Assembly: GCF_963921235.1 (NCBI RefSeq)
Contig: NC_086097.1
Coordinates: forward strand, 10,540,001-10,604,000
Length of the DNA: 64,000 nucleotides
Source: Mobula hypostoma
Taxonomy: Eukaryota
Reading direction: 5' to 3'
Both the position numbers and the translations under genes were made by a program. Every line of letters starts with the position of its first letter. The first letter of the stretch is position 1. The notes beneath the pieces are model-generated. The model was not told the DNA's origin and searched no databases. It worked only from the letters and a program-made list of their open reading frames with translations. This document shows positions 38,364-50,850 of the stretch, piece after piece.

Positions 38364-38824
38364 CAAGGGGTGATTGATAATTTTGTGGCCTAGGGTAGAA
38401 GGAGTCAATTTTAGAAAACCTAGCTCATCTATTTTTCAACATAGTCCCCTCCTACATTTACACACTTAGTCCAGCCGTTGTGGAGCATATGGATCTTGGA
38501 CCTCCAGAAAGTGTCCACAGCATGGATGATTGATAGGTTTGTGGCCTAAGGTAGAAGGGGATGAGTTATACAGCTCTCGTTACATGCACATGCAGTTCAA
38601 TTCCTTGAGTGATTATGCAGAAAGTTTGAAGTTAATAACTCATCTCCTTCTACCTTAGGCCACAAACTTATCAATCACCCCTGCTGTGGACCACTTTCTG
38701 GAGGTCCAAGCTGCAACTTCTACAAAGCTAGACTAAGTGTGTAAATGTAGGAAAAATAAATGTGCTAGCTTTTCTAAAATAGACTCCTTTTACCTTGGGC
38801 CACGAACTTATCAATCACCCCTCG
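38364..38824. mobile_element. Mariner-derived palindromic MITE with TA TSD
   Basis: TA|caaggggtgattgataa...ttatcaatcacccctcg|TA. The arms contain the mariner C-terminus RWTKCVNVGGDYVEK*. A second, internal TIR pair is present. Confidence 0.85.
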
Positions 38825-39064
38825 TATACTGTAAACATTCTCTGTTATTAAATTGAACCATTAAACTATTGCTCTTGTCCTTCAAGAGGAAAATTAAATA
38901 AAAAGCTGCAGATGTCAAAAAATCTGAAAGAAAAACAAAAAATGTTGAAACTACTCAGCAGTTCAGTCATCATCTGCAGAAACTAGCATATCTGTCTTGA
39001 GCTCTGTTGGTCTCTGTGACTTGCCAGAAAGTGTTAAGCTTCCGGGGTTCTTGAGCACTGGTGG

Positions 39065-39906
39065 TTACCAGTTGTTAGAGACATTAAGCCCAGGTACTTT
39101 CTGTTTGGTCTTGTCAGGGTGGTTGTGACTGATATGTGTTTCTCCTGTTTCTATGGATTTTGGGCTGCTGATTATGAAAATCACCATGAACTTTCCCTAT
39201 TACACACAATTTTTAAAAAATTGTCTTTATTTGTTATTTTAATTCATAATTTGAGTCAGAATAACTGATGCCGAGATTAAGGAAGGCAGTGCTGTTGGTC
39301 CACAAATCAAACAGGTCAACAATGAAGGGCAATTCAAAGAACTGCTAGTGGGACAAGAGAAAATCACCTGGAGGGCAGCCAAGGATGTTACTGAAATCTT
39401 CTTGGCAACTACGGAGCACCAACTATGTGCAACTGGTTGACAAGATGCTTCAAGCATACAAAACAATGAAGTGCAACATGTCACCAAGGATTCATTTTCT
39501 GCATTCTCATCTAGACCTCTTCCCTGCAAATCTTGGTGTGGTCAGTGACAAGCATGGTAAAAGGTTTCACCTGAACATTGTGCTCATGGAGAAACAGTAT
39601 CAGGGCAACAGGAATCCATCAATGCTGTGCGATTATTGTTGAACACTTCAGCAAGAAGCCTCAGACATTGAGTACAAACAAAAGTCACACACAAAACATT
39701 TTTAGCTAAGTTGAATTATTGCAAAGTGTCAGAACTGTAATGGAATTAAAAGCATTATATTCAATAAAAGTTAATTTCTTGGTTCTCCAAATTTCTATGT
39801 GATACAAGTAGTCTGAAATTATATTTGTGTTCAGCTTCAAGGGTCTATCATAAACAAAAGAAATGCTGAGAAAGCAACACTTTTGAAACAAATTTGATGT
39901 CTGGTG
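39065..39906 (+). mobile_element. Chapaev3-like (CMC superfamily) DNA transposon remnant
   Basis: VGPQIK; CNMSPRIHFLHSHLDLFPANLGVVSDKHGKRFH..MEKQYQG..PSMLCDYC; ends aaatttgatgtctggtg. Confidence 0.75.
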
Positions 39907-40099
39907 TTATTTAGAGAGGACACTCATTGTGCTATGAAGGCAGAGTCCCACTGTGTGTTTGAGGAGCATGATTTGTCTCGTGGCTCAATTGTGCCTTGGA
40001 TACTCTATAGGTATTCCTATGTCTAACCCCTTCTTTCCGTTGCTTCAAGGGGAGACCGCTGTTCTTCCACTCCGGGGTTGAGATGTCACCAGAGCTCAC

Positions 40100-40225
40100 C
40101 ATGACTGACGCTGCCATTCGCTGCACCTGGGATGAGTCAGTGCCAGCAACCAGCGTGACAGAGAGAGTCTGCTGGCCCTCCACACTTGGGTCCAGTCCTG
40201 CGATATCAGATGGAAGGTCATTAAT
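40100..40225 (-). CDS. Candidate 126-bp internal coding exon of an unidentified host gene
   Basis: tcttcgctctAG|ATT...ATG|GTGAGC. It is a phase 0-0 frame of 42 open codons (INDLPSDIAGLDPSVEGQQTLSVTLVAGTDSSQVQRMAASVM), non-repetitive and more GC-rich than its flanks. Confidence 0.55.
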
Positions 40226-40759
40226 CTAGAGCGAAGACTATTTTCTATTCACAGATGGTGCCTCATCTATTGGATTTTCTGTTTTTTGATTAATTTTCCT
40301 ATCTCTACTTAGAATCTGTTTCAGAGTGAACGTTTTACTTTCTGTATTAATATAATGTCGCTTTCCTGCATTACAACTGGGGTCGCTTAAAGAAATGACT
40401 CTCATACCAGTGTGGTTTTTGCTATGCAACTATTGTTGCTGTAAAAACTGAGTGATCCAACAATTTGATTATCAGGTCATATGGCCCCAGTAACATTATC
40501 AATTCTCGAGTCAGAAAACTCGGAAAAAAAGTGACACTTCAGACTGTGACTGTAACATTGAAACAGCAACTGTCTGTCTCCCCTCCCACTGTGGAAGGAG
40601 TGATACATGTCCCTCCCTTGTCAGTGAGAAAGAGAGCCTGAGGGATGTCAGATTGCTGGAATACACAGTTAGCTTTTGGTCTACTGCAAATCATGGTCTT
40701 TCTTTGGGAGATTTGCAGTTGCTTGCATCGTGGATGTTGGGAGTGTTGATGCTTAATGC

Positions 40760-41597
40760 GAGAATAAAATGGCAAATGGAACACAATATTGGAAAATGCA
40801 TGGTCATGTAATTTGGTAGTATAAGTAACTGTGCAGACTATTCTCTAAACAGGGAGAAATTCCAAAAATCTGAGATGCAAAGGGACTGAGAGACCTTGTG
40901 CAGAACACCTAAAGGTTAACTTACAGGTTGAGTCAGTGGTGAAGAAGGCAAATGCAATGTTAGTATTCGTTTCAAGAGGTCTAGAATACAAGAGAAGGGA
41001 TGTGATGCTGAGGCTTTATAAGGCACTGATGAGGCCGCACCTTGTTAACAATCTGGGGCTCCTCATCTAAGAAATGATGTGCTGGCATTGGAGAGGATTC
41101 AGAGGAGGTTAACAAGGATGATTGTAGGAATGAAAGGTTTATCATATGAAGAATATTTGATGGCTGTGGGCCTTTACTCACTGGAATTTAGAAGGATGAG
41201 GGGGGATCTCATTGAAACCATTGAAATGTTGAAAGGACTAAACACAGAAGATATGGAAAGGATGTTTCCCATGGTGGGGGAGTTTAGGACAGGAGGGCAG
41301 AGCCTCGGGATAGAGGGGCATCCATTTAAAACAGATACACGGAGAAATTTCTTTAGCCAGAGAATGGTGAATTTGTGGGATTTGTCACTGCAGGCAGCTG
41401 TGGAGGCCAGGTCGTTGGGTATATATAGGCAGAGGTTGATAGGTTCTTGATTGGATACGGCATCAAAGGTCATGGGAAAAAGACCAGGGAGTGGGGCTCT
41501 AGAGGGGAATAAAGGATCAGCCATGTTTGAATGGCAAAGGAAACTTGATGGGCCAGGTGGCCGAATTCTGCTCCTATGTCTTAAGGTCTTACGGTAT
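40760..41597 (+). mobile_element. CR1 3' fragment
   Basis: LALERIQRRLTRMI..YSLEFRRMRGDLIE..RNFFSQR. Confidence 0.85.
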
Positions 41598-41934
41598 AAT
41601 AAGTGAGGGGAGGGAGAGGGTTAATGCTGCTTGTGCATGGGAGGGGGCAGGGGACTTTGGGTTTCTGACGTTCTTTTCTGTCATTCACTCTTTGTGTTTT
41701 TTTTCTGTTTCAAGGATGTCTGTGGAGAGTAACATTTAAGATTGTATATAGTATATATTCTCCGATAGAAAATGAAACCATTGATTGAACATTGAAAAGT
41801 TAAATCCAATCTGTCTCATTGAAAAATGTAAATAGTTCCCCATGTTCATCTTTATTTTATTCTCTTTCAAACTAACTTTTATTCATAAAACAGTCTGAAA
41901 ATGCTGATTACTCTTAACTAATCTCAGTTATGAC

Positions 41935-42773
41935 AATGGCAAAGAAGTGGAGGGTGGAATATAGTGTCATCAGTGTATGGCCATGCACTTTGGTAGAAGA
42001 AATGAAAGGCAACACTATTTTGTAAATGGAGAGAAAATTCAAAAATCTGAGGTGCAAAGAGACTCGGGAGTCCTTGTGCAGGATGTCCTAAAGTTTAGTT
42101 TGCAGGGTGAGTTGGTGATGAGGAAGGCAAAGGCAATGTTTGCATACACTTCAAGTGGACTAGAATATAAAAGCAAGGATGTAATGCTGAGGCTTTATAA
42201 GGAACTGGTGAGGCCTCACTAGGAGTATTGTGAGCATCTTGGGCCCCTTGTCTAAGAAATGATGTGCTGATATTGGACAGGGTTCAAAGGAGGCTCACAA
42301 AAATGATTCCGGGATTGAAAGGCTTATCATATGAGGAAATCTGATGGCTCTGGCTCTCTACTTACTGGAATCGGGAAGAATGAGGGGGCTCTCATTGAAA
42401 CCCATTGAATGTTAAAAGGCCTCAAGAAAGTGGATGTAGAGAGGATGTTTCGTATGGTGGGGGATTCTAAGACCAGAGGGCACAGCCTCAGAATAGAGGG
42501 ACATCGATTTAGAATGGAGATGAGGAGGAATTTCTTCAGCCAAAGAATGATGAATCTGTGGAATTCATTATCACAGGTTGCTGTGAAGGCTAAATCACTC
42601 AGTATACTTAAGCCAGAGGTTGATAGATTCTTGATTAGTCAGGGCATGAAAGGATACAGGGAGAAGGCAAAAGAATGGGGCTGAGAGGGAAATGAATTAG
42701 CCATGATGAAATGGTGGAGCAGAGTTGATGGGCCAAATGGCCTAATACTGCTCCTATATCTTATGGTCTTATG
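41935..42773 (+). mobile_element. CR1 3' fragment
   Basis: MHFGRRN..IQKSEVQRD..; tail tcttatggtcttatgg. Confidence 0.85.
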
Positions 42774-44139
42774 GACCTTTCCAACTTAAGTGAATTTGCA
42801 AAATATTATGATTTGTATTAAGCAGAACTCCTCTGTTGTGTTTAACAAGATCAATACACTGTTTCATTACAAATTTGCACTCATGTCAACAGGAAGTTTA
42901 GTGCTAACTGGACATAAAGGAACTGGAGGAACTCTGTCAGGCAGCATCTATGGAGAGAAATGAACTGACATTGTTTCAGGCCAAAGCCCTACATCAGGAC
43001 CAGTCTTACTGAGTTCCTCCAGCTTCTTGGGTCTTGCTCCAGCATCTCCAATAGATTTCCAGCATTTGCAGTTTCTTCTGTCTGCTCAACCCTAGCTACA
43101 GGCATCTATTTACAATGTTGAGGTCAAAAGCACTGGATTAAAATCAAAATAAATAAGTTTTTCAAAATCAGTGTGCCAAAGCTTATGAGGAATGATGAGC
43201 ATGGTAGAATCTCATCAGTCCGTGGCATTGTGTGAACTTTCAAACTTGCTTCAATATCAATCTAAACCTTCCCTCTCACATAGACATTAAATTTTCGTTC
43301 CATAAGACCATAAGATAAGACCGCTTTGAAAGGTAGAATATACTACAGCTGTACCGAGTGACCCAGTGATCTGTCTCGGAGGCCAATGTCGGGCTGTCTT
43401 TAACCCTCACAAGGCGGATGGTCCCATTGGAGTACCCAGTAAGGCTCTGAAAACTTGTGCCAACCAACTGGTGGGAGTATTAAAAGGACATTTCCAACTT
43501 CTCACTGCTAAGGGAGATACTGTCCAGCCAAAGTTTCTGAAGCTGTCCCTGTGGTTATACACTCCATGCAGAAATTCTCCATTGGGTTTATCTTCCACAG
43601 GCCCAAATATATCTGCAACTTTCCTTAAGAGTGCAGATAATTTTCTCATATTCCTCTGTGCTTTCACATTGAGCTGACTTTCATATTTATGCATACAACA
43701 ACCTAGTTCTATCATCATGATCCTCTATAAACTCATGGCTGTGAGTGCCAGAAATTACCTTGAGACTGAAATACCCTCAGATGTTAGTAGCTCCTAGACT
43801 GTTTTGCTTTTTTGTCCTTCTCATACTTCACTTCCCTGGTCTTAATGTGACCTCAAAAATGTCACTTCCCTCTGAGGATACGGCTTTCTGAGACTTTATA
43901 GAGACTTTATAGACTTTAGCCACATTATAAGAGGAATTACAACAACCATTGCAGTTACATTCTGAGATGCTCACTCATGTCTAAGAGAGGAATTGTCATC
44001 CACATACTGTATCATACTCTCCGTTCAGGAGAACCCATTTAGGCGTTTAATAATGGTATACAGATACCCTACTGAAGCACTCTTGTGACCAACATGAAAA
44101 GGTGTACTGCTATTTGCTAAATATAAATGTACAATTAGC

Positions 44140-44480
44140 ACAAGAGGTTCTGGAAATCCAGAACAACACACATCAAATGCTGGAGGAACTCAGCAGGTCA
44201 GGCAGCATCTATGGAGAAAAATAAACAGTCAACATTTCAGGCCGAGACCCTTCTTCAGGACAGAAAGGGAAAGGAGAGGTGCCAGAATAAGAAGGTGAGG
44301 AGAGGGGAAGGAGTACAAGATGGCTCCTTAGATGTAGCCCGATGAAGGAGAAGGTGGGTGGGTGGAGGAGGGTTTATGAAGACAGAAGCTTGGAGGTGAT
44401 AGGTGGAAAAGTTAAAGGAATGAAGAAGATGGAATCTGATAGGAGGGGAGCGTGAACCATGGGGGAAAGGGAAGGATGTA
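44140..44480 (-). mobile_element. Penelope-like terminal fragment
   Basis: Same terminus as 14357-14720. Confidence 0.8.
44226..44263 (-). ncRNA. Minimal hammerhead ribozyme motif with intact core
   Basis: GTC-CTGAAGA-AGG-GTCTCGG-CCT-GAAAT-GTT-GAC: CUGANGA, stem II AGG/CCT, GAAA, GUU cleavage triplet and stem I GTC/GAC. Confidence 0.7.
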
Positions 44481-44689
44481 CATTAAATATACACTGATCA
44501 TCTTTTCTTATCTGAGTAAACTAAAACCCATTAGAGATCTCCAATTCATTACACTGGCCCCCTCAAAATAACACGTCAAGCCTGTGCACCACAATGAGTT
44601 AATTCTAAAGCATACTCCACCTCATTTGCCTTTAAAATATGAGCTGTCCTGTCTTTATGGTGAATCCGTCTATCATAGGAACCCTTGAT

Positions 44690-45400
44690 CTAAGAGTTTC
44701 TTAACTGCGTCTAATATATTTGCCTCTACCATCACTTCTAGCAGCGAGTTCCACACACCTATCAATCTATGTGTAAAAAACCTACCTCTGACACCCGTCC
44801 TATACTTCCCTCCATTCACTTAAAATTATACCCCTGATATTTCTGCTCTGCGAAAACACCTCAGGCTATCCACTTGATCAATGCCTCTTATCATCATGTA
44901 CACCTCTATTAAGACAGCTCTCAACCTCCTTCACTTCAAAGATAAAAGCCCAACCGCACTTAACCTATAGATAAGATTTGCTGACCAGTCCAGTCAGTGT
45001 CCTAAGAAATCTCCGCTGTATCATCTCTAAAGCTTCCAAATCCTTTCTATAATGAGATGACAAGAAATGAACACAATATTTCTAGTGTGGCCTAACCGTC
45101 TTTTATAGAGCTGCACATTACCTCGAGCTCAATCCCTGACTAACAAATGTCAACATACTGTTCACCTTCTTAACTACACTATTAATGTGTGCAGCAACTT
45201 TGTGGGATCTATGGACAAGGATCCCAAGATTCTTCTGTTGCTCCATACTGCTAGGAATTGTGCTGTTAACCCAATATTCTGCCTTCAAGTTCAACTTTCC
45301 AAAGTGACTCACTTCACTTTTCTCTGGGTTGAATTCCATCTGCTACCTTTCAGCCCAACTCTGTATCCTGTCAATATACCATCGTATGTACTGACTCTCT
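44690..45400 (-). mobile_element. Decayed CR1 fragment
   Basis: MEFNPEKSEVSHFGK..QQKNLGILVHRS. Confidence 0.75.
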
Positions 45401-45550
45401 CCAACACTAATTCCCCAATCTAGACTGGGGCAGGTACTCCCTCCTTCTCTTTCCTGAAGTCAACATTTAGCTTGTGGTGGTACTCAACCAGATGTCCTAT
45501 CTTGGTCCTACGTTCAAAGACATTCTTTTACAACCATCTCGAATCCCAGT

Positions 45551-46120
45551 TGAGGCTCTACTTTGGTCAAAATTGACCATGGATGTGTTGTCCCAGCTGC
45601 CTACATGATATGCAAGCCAGGATGGTACATTACGGAGAGCAGGTTGTTGCCCATGCAGTTGGCTCCCCCTATCCACACAGCTGATGAATCCAAAGGAATG
45701 GTAGGGACTGACACAGTTTGGCACCAGTGGCATCACAGGAGCTCCCAGTCAGCGTTGAACTCAACATTGGATTGCTTTAGGGATTCCAGCTTCAGATTTT
45801 TTCTCAGAGTTTACTCCAAAAGTCTTCTCCATGACTACAGATGCAAGAAGGTGAAGGTTTGAGATTTTCCTCCTCTTAGCTGAGCTGCCAACCACAGCTG
45901 ATGAGCCCGTTTGTTCGAAGTGACTGGTTTTAAGGCACCAGTAACTTGCCTTTGCCCCTTCTCCTGTCAGTGGAAATGGTTCTGCTTGGTTCTGTAAAGA
46001 AAGCCAGGAGCTGGACTTGATTGTCAGAGACTATTTGAGGCACATACTACTGGGATCATTTAATAGTTCGTGGGAGCTTAACCTCTCCACCACACCTGGC
46101 TATAACAACCTTAAGGAACC
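45551..46120 (-). mobile_element. Family A non-coding RTE-type element, full length
   Basis: Starts GGTTCC on the minus strand. Contains the RTE-5'UTR-like ggcagctcagctaagaggaggaaaa. Homologous to 59640-60215 and 1-245. Confidence 0.78.
45961..46120 (-). ncRNA. Degenerate HDV-like ribozyme candidate at the 5' end of family A
   Basis: P1 GGTTCC/AGAACC, P2 CTCCTG/CAGGAG, P3 GCT/AGC and J4/2 CTGA. L3 is altered. Confidence 0.5.
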
Positions 46121-46524
46121 TCAGTATGTTCTTTATTTTTCTACGTTGTATTGGTGCAGAGTCAATGCCCCTCTCCACTGCTTTGAAATGGCTTTAACCC
46201 GCTCTCACTCTTACTTTCCCTTTCCTGACAAGATACTCACCTTCCTCACCCATCCAATAGAAAACATTGCCCTTCACAATGTCCTTCCATAAGCAATGAT
46301 TGACTAAACCAATCACAAAACAATTTGGTTCTATCTAAAGTGATTCCAGTACACTTTGTTCTTGTTCCAGTTCATTTATATGCATATCAACTTGGTCTCA
46401 AGTGGCCGTACTTTTATGAGATGGTTTTGATACCATGCCAGCCAGCATATTTCCTATAAATCTACCCAGCTATAGATGAATTACATTTCTGTGGGCCCAT
46501 TTCTGAATCACATACATGACTCTA

Positions 46525-47180
46525 CTAGACCATAAAACCATAAGACTTTAGCCTTTCGGCCCATCACACCTGCTCGTCCATTCCATCGTGGCTCTCTCAA
46601 CCTCATTCTCCTGTCTTTCCCCATAACCTTTGTCATCCTTATTAATCAAGAACCTATCAACCCCTGCTTTAAATATACTCAATAACTTGGTCTCCACAGC
46701 CACCTGTGCTAATGAATTCCACACATTCCCCACCCTCTGGCTAAAGAAATTCCTCTTTATCTCTGTTTTAAATGGATATCTCTCTATTCTGAGTCTATGT
46801 CTTCTAGTCCTAGATTCCCCCACTAAAAGAAAGATCCACTCCACCACCACTCTATCTAGACCTTTCAATATTTAGTAGCTTTCAATGAAATCCCCCCCCA
46901 GCCAAATTATTCTTCTAAACTCCATCAAGTACAGGCCCAGAGCCACCAAATGCTCCTTATACTCTAACCCTTTCATTCCTGGAATTATTCTTTTGAACCT
47001 TCTCTGGACTCTCTCCAGCACCAGCACATTTTTTTTCCTAGATAAGGGCCCCAAAACTATTCACAATACTCTGAGTGCAGTCTGACCAATGCCTATAACA
47101 CCTCAGCATTCCATCCTTGCTCTCATATTCTCGTCTTCCTCATCTTTCTTCTAAATGAATGTCCGTCTGTTTGTGAGGCT
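46525..47180 (-). mobile_element. CR1 3' fragment
   Basis: VLERVQRRFKRIIPGMKGL; RNFFSQRVGNVWNSL. Confidence 0.85.
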
Positions 47181-47339
47181 GCCTGTACAAATAGCCCTCT
47201 TTCTCAGCTTATTGAGTCATAGCATTATATAATAGAAAAACAGGACTTTTGGCCCAAATTGTCCATGTCAACTAAGTTGCCTATTTGCGCTGATCCCATG
47301 GCAACATTAATAACAGAATTTGTGCAAACAAGAAGATTT

Positions 47340-47880
47340 AAGGAGATACAAGTGACTGCAGATGCTAGAATCTAGAGCAACAAACAATCTGCTGGAGGAG
47401 CTCATTGGGTTGAGCAGAATCTGTGGGGCAAAAGAAATGATAATGTATCAAGTTGACATTCATAACTAACTACAGCAGTTGCCAGTCTGTTGCTGGACTA
47501 ATGTTCCTTCTTGTATTTCACTGGAAGTAGGTCACGATATATTATTTATATCCTGGTCTATTCTCCTCTCCTAAACAATTCTTTCATCTTCAGCTGTTCA
47601 CCTCTTCCACCTATCATCTCCCAGCTTCCCATTTCATCCCACTCACCCACCTTCTCCTTCACTGTGTCTCACTTCTCACCTGTCAGGTTGTGCACTTTCC
47701 TCTCCTCCCACTATCTTATTCTGGCTTCTTCCCCCTTCCTTTTCAGTCAGGATGAAGCAACTTGGCCTGATACGTTGACTGCTTAGTTCCCTCCGCTGAT
47801 GCTCCTGACTTGCTGAGTTCCTCCAGCATGTTGTGTGTGTTGCTCCAGATTTCCAGCATCTGCTAAGTGTCCTGTGTTCA
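47340..47880. mobile_element. Pair of opposed Penelope terminal fragments
   Basis: ctgcagatgctagaatct..gctggaggagctc at the left, and gagttcctccagcat..gatttccagcatctgc at the right. Confidence 0.7.
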
Positions 47881-49084
47881 TAGCCTATTAGCAAATGGTT
47901 CTGTGTGTTTCTCTTTTTCCAAGATTTTAAAATGATCATATAGCATACCTAATATGTTGCTTAGTCTCCTCCTGCATTACCCAAGGCCAGGCACTTTCAA
48001 GTCTTGGTTAATCCAACCAACACATCTCATCAAATCGCAAATACATTTTCCTTTCATCTTTACATTATATTGCAGTCATTATTTTTAAAATGAAAAGGTA
48101 ACCACTCATACCACAGTCTGTTCCTGTGCTGCACTCCATTCTTCAAATTTTGACCCCATCTGAGGGTTTCCAGATGTGCACTGATCTCTTTTAACTGTGA
48201 GGGAATATCATCATCCTAAATACTCCTGGGTCTTGCTCATCCACAGATAATGGGTGTTTGTGTCTAATTGGACACATTAATCCTTGCTCTGCCTTTCGAT
48301 GCCTATCCCTTCTTGCCTTTTACCTTCTTCTCTAGCACCTTTCGATTCAATTCAATTCAGGTTTAATTGTTATGCAACTATACATAAATACTAATGCATA
48401 CAGCCAAACGAGACAGCGTTACTCGGGGTAAAGGTGCAAAATACAGTTATTAACAGTCACACACAGCACAAAGCACACATAGCATGTATGAGATAGAAAG
48501 ATACAGCCATGCAATAAAAGACTCGAGCCGTCCGACACTGCCAAAATCTGCAGACGACCACTATAGATGGCAATAGAACTTGTCTTCTGCTGAGTGAACA
48601 CCGGGGGGGAGGGGCCTGGAAGTCTCACCACATTGCCCCTGGTAGAGCACACTGACTCTAATGCCTCTCTCCTAGCGGCTGTAAGCAGGCGACACCACAA
48701 CTTGAGAGCTACTCTTCGCACATGCAAGATGCCAAGCACATATTGGATATCAGTAAAATACAACCATACAAAAAAATAGATATTTATATTTCACTACCCA
48801 AATTACTTCTCACTCTCTCCTGAATTCTGTTGCCTCTGCTAAACATCTCCCTTGCTGTGACTGCAGACGCTGGAAATCCAGAGCAATGTACATAAAATGC
48901 TGAACAAACTCAAACTCAACAGGCCAGACAACAAATATGGACAAAAATAAAGAGTCAATGTTTTAGGCCAAGACCCTTCATCAGCTCCTGATGAAGGCTT
49001 TTGCACCTTCACATCCTTTTGCTGCTTTTTTTGTCACCTCCTTCCCAAAAGATACAAATATTTTTCTTTATGTCCCCTCAACAA

Positions 49085-49430
49085 CTGTTGTGTTTTCACC
49101 CACAGAACTGCTGGTCACTGGATATTGTTCTGTTTTCCACAACATTTTCTGTCAACTCCAGAGACAGAAAGTCTCATGGAAATCTCAGGAGATCAGCAGT
49201 CTCTGAGATACTCAAACCACCCCATCTGGCACCAACAATCACTGCACGGTCAAAGTCACTTATATCATATTTCTTCCTCATTCAGATGTTTGATCTGAAC
49301 AACAATTGAACCTCTTGACCATGTTTGCATTCTTTTATGCACTGAGTTGCTGCCACATGATTGGCTGATAAGATATTTGATTTAAGGAGAGATTTTCAGA
49401 TGTACCTAATAAAGTGGTCGCTGAGTGTAT
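49085..49430. mobile_element. Tc1-like non-autonomous element, partial
   Basis: Ends cctaataaagtggtcgctgagtg|ta. Homologous to 52060-52393. Confidence 0.7.
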
Positions 49431-49754
49431 GTCACTGTTCAGTAAGGTCAGTATTTTCAAAAGATGTCACCAAGTCTATTACACTGATTGTAAATTCTTC
49501 CACTTTATGTCCCAAATGTCTCCTTCAAAGAACTCGACTGACAGGTTAGATACTTTAAATAGAGTGCCAAGCTCTGGAAGTTATGCTGAAGTATCTTCAT
49601 TATTCTATACATCAAGCAGAGGTGACCTTCATGGACTGTGCTTTTAGTTTGTCTCACAGCAGAACTGATTTCTTTTCAGAGCTGTCGTTTGACTATCAGA
49701 CACAGTGTCCTACCATGTAATTGTAAAGTCAATGCAGTGAACAACATGTAATTT

Positions 49755-50850
49755 AGGACCATAAGACCATAAGACATAGACATAAAACATAGGAGCAGAA
49801 TTAAACATTCGGCCTATCAAATCTGCTCTGCCTTTCCAGCATGACTGATTTATTATCCCTCTCAACACCATTCTCCCTCCTTCTCCCCATTACCTTTGAA
49901 CCCCTGATTAATTAACCTATCAACCTTTGCCTTAAATATATCCAATTACTTGGCCTCCACAGCCTTCTGTGGCAATGAATTGCACAGACTCATCACCCTC
50001 TGGCAAAACAAATATTTCCTCATCTCTGTTCTAAATGAATATACCTCTGTTCTGAGGCTGAGGCTGTGTCCTCTGGTCCTCGACTCCCCCACTATATGAA
50101 ACATCCTCTCCACATCTAGGCTTTTCCATATTTGATGGATTTCAATAAGCACCCCCCCCCCATTCTTCTAAACTCCAGCGAGTACATGCCCAGAGCCATC
50201 AAATGTTCTTCATATTTTAACTCTTTCATTCCTGGAATCATTCTCATGAACCTCATCTAGATACTCTCCTAAACCAGCACATCTTTTCCAGATAAGAAGC
50301 CCAAAACTACTGTCAAATCTCCAAGTGGGATCTGACCAATGCCTTATAAAGTCTCAGTTTACCCTTTTCTATTCTAGTTCTCTCGAAATGAATGCTAACA
50401 TTATATTTGCCATCCTTACCGCTGACTCAACCTATAAGTTAACCTTTAGGAAATCTGCCACGAGGATTCTTAAGTCCCTTTGCACCTATGATTTTTGAAT
50501 TTTCACTCCATTTAGAAAATATTAGCTGCTTTTTTTTCCTTCTACCAAAGTGCATGACCATGTACTTCCCTGCACTAAATCAGCCATGATTGAATGATAG
50601 AGCAGACTCGATGGGTTAAATGGCCACTTCTTTGCCCGTTGCCCAATCTGTCCAAGTCCTTCTGCAGACACCCTGCTTCCTCAACACTGCCTGCCCCTTT
50701 GCTTATCTTTGTATTGTTCACGAACTTAGCCACAAAGCAATCAATTCTTTTATCCAAATCATTGGCCTATAACATGAAAAGAAGCAGTCCCAACATCAAC
50801 CCCTGTGGCACACCAATAGTCACCAGCAGCCAACCAGAGAAGGTCTCCTT
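49755..50850 (-). mobile_element. CR1 3' fragment
   Basis: GVPQGLMLG, VAKFVNNTKI..LQKDLDRL and an antisense (ATAAGACC)n tail. Confidence 0.85.

Noticed and set aside
43407..43718. 103-aa minus-strand ORF as a possible exon
   Set aside because: The 3' third is antisense Rex1. It has no convincing splice pair and no recognisable domain, though it is not fully excluded.
43890..43918. Short tandem (gagactttata)-like repeat
   Set aside because: Ordinary slippage repeat.
45895..45925. ctgatgag..cgaag in family A as a hammerhead
   Set aside because: It lies on the antisense strand of the element, has GAAG instead of GAAA and is not conserved in the 59990 copy.
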